This document shows, piece by piece, positions 11,441-22,849 of a DNA stretch of 64,000 nucleotides. The DNA comes from Lepidodermella squamata. Taxonomy: Eukaryota; Animalia; Gastrotricha. Both the position numbers and the translations under genes were made by a program. Below the pieces are notes generated by a model. That model was not told where the DNA came from, did not search any database, and was given only the letters and a program-made list of their open reading frames with translations. Location: the NCBI GenBank assembly GCA_047495785.1, contig JBLDXI010000011.1, positions 1,736,001 to 1,800,000 on the forward strand, written 5' to 3'. Position 1 is the stretch's first letter. Each line of letters begins with the position of its first letter.

Positions 11441-13000
11441 TCAAGACTTGGCCTCGGGATCATTTGGAATGACCGGATATTGAACAACTGGCTGGCTAGA
11501 ATTTCCAACAGCATATACCCCTTGTGGAATAGAGCCATACATCGGAGCTGTTGGGGGAAGCTGCTGACGATGCGACGAATGCTCGTCAATCTTGCCAGTT
11601 GAGTAAAACGCGGAAGCAGCTACGAGACGCTCGTGATCCTCGCTTGAATCACAGCGGCAGCATGGGCCAGGGAAACGCCTCATGCCGAAATCGACGACCC
11701 AGAATATGAAAGCAAGTGTAATTACAATTGGCTCCACCCATCTATTGCCCAGGGCTCCAAACGCCCAGCTTGTTCCGAACATAACTAGTAAAATGATGGT
11801 TTCGACGATGAAAAAGGCCAAAGATGTCTGCGATTGACAGTTTGTTCGGTAATGCTGCGTCCCTGTAACAGTCATCAAGACGACGAACAAGTGCCAGATT
11901 AGATACGGTGCAACTGTCATCAACATCAGAGATTCCTGTTCTGTGTCATGATTCCTTCTATATGATGGGCGGTCGTTGCTGTAAGGATCAATGTAGTTCA
12001 AAATCGTGTTTCGATCTCGGTTGTACTCAATAGCGAAGAATTGCCAATAGACCATAAATAGTGCAGCGAAAAGGCTGAACATGACATGGGCGAATTTTGT
12101 CCAGCCAGCACTTACAGCCCCGCACTTTTTCGGGTACACAGTCACATCTTCACTCACCGGAGGCTGAGGCACTGGGCAATGTTCGTACTTCCATTTGTGG
12201 TTGAGGATATCAATCAAATGAATGAGAAGTAAAATGCTCTAAAACGCAATTACGGAAATTTCCAGGTTCGACAGAGAGATCGCGCCATTGTAGTCGTAAA
12301 AATCGAATGGGTACCTGTGACTTCTTCCAACCTCGTCACTATTCACGAAAAAGTAGATCATAGTGACCAAGGAAGAAATCTGAATCAACGAGTCCAGGAC
12401 GTAAAGTGCACCAATATTGGCTACTTGCGACTGGGTTTCGTAGCGATCTCTCAAGGCTAAAGCGTAGACGAAGCATCCATGGGCGAAACTCGCGAAAATC
12501 GGCCAAAACATCGGAGTAACCACGTCGTAACAGTCCGTAATGCATTTGCAGTAGATATCAGCATCTAGCCGACTAGTTGTCATTGAACGATGGTTCTTTG
12601 GTGTAGTCGGTGCAAGGTATTTATCGCAGTTTAGAATGCAGGCCGAATTGAAGAAATATACAAAAGCAACAGCTAGAATAAGTGCGATATTGACGACACT
12701 GAATAGGCAGTTGAAGACCTTGGTCGCTGTTGCAAGACCTTGGCTCTTGAAAATGGGCGATCCGTGAATTCCTGGGAACTTCAGCAGTTCCTTTCGCTTA
12801 ACTTCCCAAGCTCCACTTCTGTCGGCATAGGTTCCTCCATAGGGTGACACCACGATAACTTGTTGGTAGGGCTGGCCGACCACATATTGCTGGTTCGGAT
12901 AACCAGGCTGGCCGGGTATGATCGGCCCTGGTTGTTGATGCTGAGGCGAAACAGCTTCGTAGGCTGGCGGTTGGTCATAGGCGTAAGTTGGCTGAGCCAT
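11441..13000 (-). pseudogene. TM2: full-length TM1 paralogue with one in-frame TAG
   Basis: The two track ORFs share one frame (1560 nt in total). The only lesion seen is TCG(Ser) to TAG at 12239-12241. Confidence 0.8.
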
Positions 13001-13573
13001 CCTGTTTTTTGTTCCTAGTTGAAAATGGACTTTTTTCCTGCGATGCGTGTTACAAGCTAACGAATCTTATTCATTCATTTGCTTATCACTTGCTTAATGT
13101 TGCTGCTTCGGCTTATCACATCCCGAGTTTTCGTCACGCTTGGATGATATCTCGGTGGACTTCAGAGCTTATAAGTTGATTGTAGATGGGTTTGCCAGCT
13201 GATAATAGTTCGGCGGATGAGTCAACACGAGTGTCTATCGCCGAGAGCTGATAGACTCTAATGATGATAAACTCTTGTTACAAATAAAAGCGCATAATTG
13301 GTTACACAAGATAATCAAGCAGTAAACATTCGCCCGCAAATTTTACTCGGGGAAATAAACAACTCTTCTTGTCTGTTCTGCTTAACGTGAAATAAAATAA
13401 GGCCGAATGATGGTTTTATTCTTCATTGCATCTAGGTAAATTACGATAAATTATAAGTTATAATAAATCATTTTAATCGTATATAAATTCTGTCAATTGA
13501 ATATCGATTGAATTCCGCGGGAAAGAAGTGGGGATAATTCGCTGGCGGGATTAGACTCGACGACAACGTTATT

Positions 13574-14664
13574 TTAAATGTACACGCATGAATCAATGCC
13601 AGAAATACCATAAGCACTGCCTTGACTGCCAAATGACAAGGATTTTGTCGTTGTAATGAGTGCGCAGCATTCTCCGAAACTTGAAGCCCCGTAATTGCTG
13701 CCTCTGGTAGCCTGAATGCAAAAAGGGAAAATGGCATTAAAATTAGACAAGGAAAACAATGCGGAAATTACTAAGACTTTCGTAACAGTAACGCTCGAGG
13801 CTGACAAAGCAGTGAACGGGAAGCGGATACAACCGCCCATTCCTATTCCAGTAATCGATAAAGCTGCTATCCTGTAAGGCGTATTAGTGCCGGCGTTTTG
13901 AAAACATGCCATAACAGGTGGATCGGCGAAACCAGAGCCTGGAACCATTTCATATATAGCACTACCGCCCGCTTTCACGGCATTACAGCAGTCCGCAAAT
14001 GATGAAAACGTATTTGGCGAGTCAGTCGAATCCTGAAAATGAACAGTTAGGAGATCGAAGTTCACTTGTAACTTCTTACCACTGCGTTATTTTTAACGAT
14101 TGAGTTGCATGTCCCGCCATTCGATGTGCAGAATGGGAGGTTGGTTTTCGAGACCATCGAATCACCCTGTGTCTGTGTGATCATGCATAGCTTGTAGCTG
14201 ACAGTCTGGATTGTATTACAATTCAAAGTTGAGTAGAATATTATGCTATTGTTGGCAGTTACGCAACTTACTTGTGCACTTGAGCAAGATTGCCCACTGG
14301 GACATTGAGTTGCTGTGCTTGAAATGCAATTGTTCGAAGAAGTGTCGCAAATGTTGGCGGTCGGCGTACATGACTGACCGGTTGGACACGAGGACCCAGT
14401 TTTAGGCACGCACATGTTTGTTGATGTATCGCATACGTTGGCTGATGCCACACAGGAAGACCCAGAGCTACACGGATTGCTTGTCGTTGAACTGGTCGTC
14501 GAACTTGTAGTTGATAGACAAGACTGGCCACTAGGGCACGGATTGCTTGTCGATAGACAGGACTGGCCAGTTGGGCAAGTCGAACTTTGGGTCGATGTCG
14601 ACGCGGGGCAAGCTGCAGCAACAGCACAGACAGCAGCCAGAATGGCAGGAATGAACAGTTCCAT
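13574..14664 (-). CDS. A2: intact secreted Cys-rich protein, about 305 aa
   Basis: Exons 14664-14272, 14205-14080, 14032-13772 and 13711-13574. Introns of 66, 47 and 60 nt, GT-AG, phase 0. Signal peptide MELFIPAILAAVCAVAAA and 5 CxxGxxC units. Confidence 0.88.
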
Positions 14665-17059
14665 GTAGTTTCGAAGCGAAGCGAAGTTTTACAATAGGAG
14701 TCCGGAAAACTGTAAGATAGGTCCTCGCAGACTGGAAAGATCTCCAAGAAGCTCGAGATTTGATAAAAATGACAGATTTCGTCTGCTTATATACGCTCAG
14801 GTGTAAAATTGGCACCGGGCCCATCTGTGATAAACATATGGATCACGCTAATTGCCCGAGCGCCCACCTGCTTTGCCCAGGTGCCACATACTTTGCCCAC
14901 GTGCGGCATGTACGGGTAGCTTCATTCTTTCAAACAACAAGAAAATTGGGCCCTCAGCTTCGCGATGATGGTGCTCAACGCCTACAATTTGTATTCACTT
15001 TTTAATTTGTTTTTATAAAAATAGAGAGTTTATTTTTATTGTTCACATCTCAAGAACAAAAGATTTAAGATGAGGCAAAGATAATTACCTAGGTTGTTTG
15101 GACGCAGAGGTAAAATTGGGTTAACATTTTTTGTAAGTTGTAAGCCATGTGACTAAGATTAACGTGCACACTTTTCAATGGGTCATCAAGCACCTACAAT
15201 GGGCCATGCACACATCAAAGTACTTTCGAATTCGAAAACTAAAATAACTCAACCAATTTGTTGTATAACATCCTGTAAATCTGCTGGGACCTACAATCCA
15301 ACGCGGCGATTCTTAATTGATTTTCCAGGTTTGAATCGGATAAAAATTCATGGAGAAATTAATTTTCGAAAATCGGCAACAGGCACATTAGTCAAACGAA
15401 TATAGGTCACACTAATTGCCCGAGTGTGCCCACCTACTTTGCCCACGTGCACATTCTTTGCCCACGTGCGGCATGAACGGGTAGCTTGATTCTTCTTACA
15501 TTCGACACCAGATAACAAAAAAGTAGCCTTCAGCCTCAATGCCCTCAACATCGCGATGATGGTGCTCAACGCCCACAATTTTCATTGCGCTCTATCTGCG
15601 AAATATATTTTACAAAAGTAGAGCTTTTCGTCGGCGATTTCTTTGATACTATCTGGGGATTTGGTTATTCGCTTTCGAAAACCTGTAACCCACCCTGCTT
15701 CGCAAACTAATGCTAGACTATTTCTGCTGGTCCTTCCCATCGAAACGTGTCCTTGTTGCAGGCTCCACCGTTGCAGGTCACCTTGGTATCGGCATGGCGA
15801 TTGAAATGGAAGCAAAGAAACCAGCTCAAAGATGGAAAAAGTAAACAAGATTGCAAAAAACATGAACGTCAATTGACTCTCCAATGCTTTATGAAAACGT
15901 CTCGCCTATCACCGTGATAAAGCAGCCCTAATCCTCGCGGGCGAACAGAACGCAACATTGAGATTATGCTGTTTGCCAACGAAGAACTGAGAATCGGCCA
16001 ACTCCACCAACGCAAAGCAAGAAGAGCCAAATACGGTCGACAAATTGCGGGAAATGGTCGCGATAAAACGTGGCGAGTCACCGAAAGCTTTCGCCCAGAG
16101 ATGGTTCGAAAAGCATTCGGCAGTAAACACTTGAAAAAGCCGGCGACGGCTAGCGATGGTAACCCAGTAGAATGTGTTATGAAAGCAGCGGCCAATCATC
16201 TGGCACAACGAAATCGTCTGGCATTTTCAACGAAATCTTCGACAAAAACTAAATCCCTGAAATATGGGAAATCGCGCTGTTATTTCAAAGATAGCGACAA
16301 AGAGCAATTAGCCTCTTTTTCGAACGTTCGAGAGATGTCTACCGATCCAGATCAAACAAAATCTATCGATGGCAGTTTAACAGTTGCTGTATAGGCATGG
16401 GCAAGGCAAGGGTATAGTTTCATCGCTGAAAAGACGGCGGGCTTTCACTACAACTTATAACCCTATTCACCCCAGCTCGCCGCGAAAAATGGCTTGAACC
16501 GAATGTGACTGAAAGCGATGACAAATAGCGTGGTGGTTATACTACGGGAACCAGCCTCGCAGCAGGAAGTCTGTGAGCCAGCCGATGAGGTTCCGCGGGA
16601 GGGAAGCCGTCGGGCCGATGTCATACGCCGCCTGCACCCCAACCCAACCACCAACGTGTCTGCGCAGTGCAGTGAGACTGCTGTCAAGTGCAGGGGTATC
16701 TTGGTTCGACTCTTGCGGCCGCTGGATAGATCAACAAAAACCAGTGGCGTGTGCTGCTCGTGGCGTGTGCTGCTCGATTGTTGCGGCGATCCATCGTGCA
16801 AATCCAAGAGTCTGTCGAACGGTCTCGCCTTTCTTCAGTCCCATTGGCCTCAATGGAAAATCAACAAGTGGCAAGACAGTCTTAACGAAGCCTTCTCTGC
16901 CTAGCATTTTTGATGTCAAAACGTCTCTTAGCTCCGATCATTAATAACTCATAATAGACTCATGATATGTAGTCGTTCTCGAAATGGTACATATGTACCA
17001 ACGCTAAATCGCTAACTTTAAGCATGAAATTTGCGTAATAAACTATGACTATGACTATG

Positions 17060-17450
17060 ACAACGATTGCCTCAAAAATCTTACCGTCGGAGGGTAGTAG
17101 CAAGATCGGACGTTGAAACCCGTCAGATGGCTTAGGGACAGTGACAACCGACAACCGCCTCTTTCCAATCAGTTAAAGCTAATCGGCTCTCTAGACACAT
17201 GTTGTAGCTTTCAAAAGACCCGGATCATTAAATGGCTGTATAGACGGTCGATCTCTCGAGCCTCGAGCCAGCATATACGTTGGCTTTGGCTGAAGCCGTC
17301 AGGGTCGGTAGGAGACAGCAACTCCTACTGCGTGGTGCGGCGTCATTTACCAGCCAAATATCGAGAGTCGACAGAGAGCCAGTTCGTAGATCGATATGAG
17401 TCGGGGCTGACTTCAGTAATGTGAGACCGAGCCGGTCCGGTCGCCATGGG
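17060..17450 (-). mobile_element. Degraded fragment of the Jockey-like LINE family
   Basis: VTVPKP..QRPILLLPSDGKIFEAI matches VAVPKS...QRPISLLPTDGKILEAI of the 37-39 kb element. Confidence 0.7.
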
Positions 17451-19424
17451 CCATGTGATGCAGGTGATACCCATGCGGATTCCAGTGGTCAGCGTCATAA
17501 AGCTTGCGCTAGCGCAAAAGACTGCCGATAACTAGTGTACGAGCACCTCTCAAATTGTTGATTTCACTACATTTGTTGTAATGTAGTTTAATTGTAAAAA
17601 AAATTACTTTTAGGTATGCGACTTAGGTATGGAACGGCCGGAATAGACCTCGCATCTCTGCCTCATTGTTTTTCACTCACCCATCTAAACACTTCGAGCT
17701 CTCAACAATATGATTTATGCTCAGTAAATAAACAAAATATTAATACATAATTAGAATAACAAAAATTCAAGATTTAACAAAGATGAAGGTTTTAATGGAC
17801 GAAGGGGAAAAACTGGGTTACCATTTTTTCTAAGCGCACTGTGATCTATGTTAGTGTGTACACTTTCACTGGGTAATTAAGCACCTTGTACACATCCAAG
17901 TAATTTTTGTCGTTGCACGTTTGTTAACTTTGATAGGCCCTCCCAATTCCCTTTCCTTTCTTGAATTTGATAAAAGGCTGTCATTGAACGCATATTGGCA
18001 AGATTCTGGCTCAGCAAATCTCTTATTTCAACACCGATTTTATTATTTTTTCAACCGCCAAGTTGCCCCTGTCAGGCGAGCTCACGCCAAGGCCTACGAT
18101 TTTAAGCCTTGTAAGAAAACGGATTCCACAGTAGATTCCCCTTGAAAACTGCAGTGTGGAACATCTAAAAAATATAAATATGAATTACACATGGGTAAAA
18201 CATGAAAAATTAACACTCAAGCCAAGCTCTTTGGGTAACCTTTGGTGCCAAGACACCATCTTTTATCACGGGTGATTATGGACCTCCTTCCAACGGCCCT
18301 GAAAACCGGACCCTGCATTTTTTGAGGAAGCCCTTTCTTACCTCAGTAATCTGAGTAATCTGAGTAATCAAGGTTCACTGCACCAAAAAACAACATTTCT
18401 GGGATAATATTCAGTTCTTTTACTTCTGTAATATAGAGTATACAAAGAATTATTCATAACATTTTTTACAATGGCCATGAAAGCGACAACAAAGAAGAAC
18501 ACGTAAGAAATGGATAACCCACGAGTCATTACGTAACCGTCCATCATGATCATTGACAAGCAATATATAAGATGCTTCAAAAATGAGTCAAAATCGACCC
18601 CAGTTTTATATTATGAAGAATAGCACGAGTTAAGGAAGACCGCTAAATTCATTGAATTTTCGTGCGGATCACCGTATGTAACTGATTGTGAAAAAGATAT
18701 AGAACAAAATAATATGCAATGGAATAGAAATTCCACGTCTATAATAACGTTGATTATTGTTTCAGATGTCATTCTCGTTGTAACAGATCATTTTTCTATC
18801 ATGACTCGATTTTTTAGCTCAATAGCAACAACAAGTGATAAAATTTGAAATCACCATTTTTTCGCTGCGATTTTCCAGTAAAGGCGCAGCGCCGTTTCAT
18901 CGGGATAGCTGAGTGTCTGGTCAACAAACAACCGCTTCAACGTCGCCGAGTCTAACAGCATTTCAGACCGAGTCAGCGACGCAAAATCCGGCTCAGTCAA
19001 TTTCAGTGAAATGAATTTTTTAAGGTGGAAAAGTGTCATGATAATGTTAAGGAAAAGGTGTAGTGGGGGAAAACAAAGTTATAGATCAGACACTCGATCA
19101 ATTATGATCTGATGATAATGTCAAACTTACAACGAAAGTCGCAACAGTTGAATCGTAAAGTAAATATCAGCATTCAGCACAGCAGTAGTACTAATCGCGA
19201 CATTTGCATCAAATATAGACATATGCAATTAAGCTCTCATGGCGTTAAAGGTCATTTGATAAATAACATCCGCTTTCAAACAGGATATTCATACTGCTTC
19301 ATCGTCAGCTACTTACCATGACAACCTAGGCATTTGAAGACGTGCATGACAGTGTGAAGCAAAAACAGCAAAAAGCATCTAAAACTCACTGCAGTATTAA
19401 CTAATTTCTACAACGTCAACGAAT

Positions 19425-20877
19425 ATGTTGCTCTGCAATCGGAATAATTTGATTCTTTTAACGGCGATCTCGTCAGTATTTTGGATAAATAACAAAGCTT
19501 GCCCTCCGCCATCGCCTGCATCAATCTTCGTACCATTTACCAGCCCGCCTGGAACATCTTTTTGCATCTTTGGCCAGACGTTATGCAGGCCAAGAAGTAA
19601 CCCGTGCTTCATATCATCTGAAACTTGCCAACCAACAGCCAGTGCCTCCACAGTAAGTCAACAGTCAAAGTGAAATTTGGTCCTCAATATGTGATAAATT
19701 GGGAAAAATTACCAAAGCGGCGACAAAATAGAAGAGAAAAATATAAACGCGGCTAATCGGTGAAATAAATTGATGCCAAAAATGGTTTGCGAAAATATCG
19801 CACGTTTTACTGCATTCCGATTAAGTTAACAGCTCTCTTGATCCATTATCGAATACGTATTTGTTCCTATGGCCCGGGATACTAAAATTTCAACCTCGAA
19901 CTTTTGAAAAATTTGAAAAATAATATTCGGTGAATCGTTCATTTTTGATGTTTTCGTACCGATTTGACCCCTGAACCCTGGGCTACTATTAGGGATGAGC
20001 GATTATTAGTGAATTGGAACAAATACGGTATTTATACTAAAATATTTGTCCCACATAATGCATCTAACTTACTGGTCAAATCTTATTGCAAAAAATCAGT
20101 TCATATCGGCATTGGGGATTCTATTAGCTGACTATAATAATCAAACGTGAAATTTCAAATTATTTGATATTATTGCTTACTAAAAATTCCTTCTTATTAT
20201 TATATTTATCAATTTTTTCAGGCTAATTACCAGCCTACTTACAAGCTGTGTTCTATGACGACCAACGGGGACGGCCCTGGGTTAGCTCAAACTGTCAAGT
20301 TCTGCCACAACGTCGCCGGAGCTTCGTGTAGTCAGTATCTGACAGTAACACCTGCAGCAGCGGTAATTATTTCATTATAGCTCACCTAAACACATAAATT
20401 TATGCAGATCTGTCTGGTTATAGCTTTCTAGTGACGCGGTCAACAGCTTCAGCACATTTGATGCATGCTGCGCGGCCACACAGGCTAACACTTACATTGT
20501 GAGATACGAAGTCCTTCCGAAGACAGCCAGTACTCCCGTCATACCAACCTGTATCGGAGCAACTGATTGGGCTCCTTTCAAAATAACAGCCGCAACTGCT
20601 GTTTCAACTTCTGGCACTTGCGTTCGTTTCCCACATACAGCTGCAGTTGCTAGCCATGTAGTTGTAACAAGTGGATTGGTAAGCAAGCCTTTTTCTGCTA
20701 TTCTCTACGAATGGCTTAATAACTCATTGGTGTATGTTGCAGAATTCAGTCTCCTCATATTCCTACCCCAACTTCGTGAGTTGCTGCCTAGCTCTCGGTG
20801 CAACGGGTACGAAAAGCGTCGGCACAGCCAACGTTTATGGAATTCAGAATATGGAAGCATGCAGCGGTGCCAACTAA
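19425..20877 (+). CDS. B1: secreted Cys-rich protein, about 248 aa
   Basis: Exons 19425-19652, 20234-20362, 20424-20678 and 20743-20877. Phase-0 GT-AG introns and an open spliced frame. Motifs FSTFDACC, CVRFPHTA, NFVSCC and YG..C. Confidence 0.85.
19854..20030. mobile_element. Small pogo/Tc1-type MITE in B1 intron 1
   Basis: Imperfect TIRs tacgtatttgttcc / ggaacaaatacggta with TA ends. Confidence 0.5.
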
Positions 20878-22669
20878 ATCCAAATCTACGCTCATATCCA
20901 GCAGTTTGAAAATTGACAAAACAACAAGCAGTTTCGTATATTTTTTGGCATATACTTAACGCATTATGTGATATTGTAATTGAAGTGAAAAAACCAAAGC
21001 CTTATCCTGGAGGGTTTAGGGGTCGGCCGACGATAGGCGATCAGCTTCACAGAACGGCAATTCACTCGCGAACAACCTGCTTTTGCTCACAATATTTAAT
21101 ACAATATGTTTTGCATACAATTAAAAATCAATATGGCGTATACGTTTCGTCTCGGCCAAGAGACTCATCAGAAACCATAGTTAAGAAAGTTAACTGGCCA
21201 CGCAATCTTACATTTTCATTAACTATTCGAAACCTTCTGACTAAATCAAAATTGAACTCAATTGCGTGAAACTCAAACCACTTTTTTTACGGTGGATGAT
21301 ATAAAAAACCATGAGCCAAATGAAGAAGTCAGGATGCAGCCAGGCCTCGAATCGCTCGAGGATTCCCAGCTGATACGCAAGGGTGAGAAACCCGTGGGAA
21401 AAATCAATATGGCATACAATTAAACTTTACAAAATACAGCCAGAATAAGGTTGCTCGTTGCTCTGGTTGCTCTGGAACAAAGCCTTAGATATCGGATTCC
21501 GACGCGTAAATCTCGGTACCACCATCGTCGAGGCTGAACTGCTTAATTTTCAGTTTCTTTTGCCCTCTGCATGACGAGCAAAGTTTCAGATGCGATGGAT
21601 TCGGCTGGTCACCAAATCCAACAACACAGCAATCGCCGCCAAACCACGAAAATCAACGGCGATAGAACCACGAAAGATTTATTTGTTTTCTTGAAAGAAG
21701 AAACCAAGGGTATTAGTAGATACCATTGGTAGGGTAATACTAGATAGTATTAGGGTACTATCTTATTTTGAATCGGAAAATGCGATGCAAAAAATGAGTC
21801 GTATTTATTCGTTTCTTCATTCGAGTTTTGTCGAGTTTGGTTGGCGTTGACATTTTCGCTCTTTTTGTGCTCTTTTTTGCATGTATTTTTCGGAATATCG
21901 TTTAGAGAAACTGAATTAGCCTACTGCGGAACCAAATTTGACTGTGGCGGGACGAAACCGGCGGAGCCTAAGGAGTAGCTCAATTTTTAAATTAGATAAA
22001 ACCGACGCCAGTTGGAAGCTTGAGATATAGCCCGCATCTAAATATAAAATCGCCGATGTGGCACGAAGCACTTGGGCAGATGAAACATCACCTGGAAAAA
22101 GTCATACTATATACTATGCCCAAAAGGAGGTAAAACTCGCTAGTGACGATACTTTGAGCGTAATATAGCGGCACAGTAGACTGGAGTTCCTCCGCAGTTT
22201 TTACACCAATCGACGCGTTAACAACAGAAGTATTAAAATGGTATGTAAAAATCAAAGAGTAACTCGAGTCTGCTGGTATTGATATTGCACAGCATTTTTC
22301 AAAAAAACGCGACCTTTCTGCTGTTTTTTGTTTTTGTTTTTTATTTTAAGCAAACATTGAGCAAAAGCTGAGCCCCTTCCGCATCAGCCCGAAATAATAT
22401 GTAAGCATAACGTTCAAGTTTAAGGCGCTTTCGGGACACCTTCGGCTGTTTAAAACAAAACCAGTAGAACGCATCCGGATCTGATCTGATTTTCGACGAC
22501 ATCGAGAAATGATATGTAATTCAAAGCTGAGATGAAAAACTTGAGAGGATTTCCGAAATCCAACATGAGTTAGACCTAGTCACGACAAAGTTGAACAAAA
22601 TAGTTATTTCTTGCCACAACATCCTGGAAATAAGTGAAAAAGCATTTCCTCACAGTCAAGTGAAAAATA

Positions 22670-22730
22670 ACATCCGGTTCCAAACAACATTACACTGTTT
22701 CATCGTTGACTAGTTATCATGACAACCCTG
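22670..22730 (+). promoter_or_regulatory. Conserved B-subfamily proximal promoter motifs (ACATCCGG and AGTTATCA)
   Basis: The same motifs occur at the same spacing before B3 (26610, 26654) and B5 (42973, 43023). B6 has AGTTATCA (46236). B1 has variant forms (19266, about 19311). Confidence 0.55.
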
Positions 22731-22849
22731 GCATCTGCAGACGTGCATGGCAGTTTAGTTTAAAGCAAAAACAGCAACACGCATCTACAGCTTACTAAAA
22801 CGTTTATTATATATCAAGTATCAAGTATTATCCTTTAGTATCAACTAAT

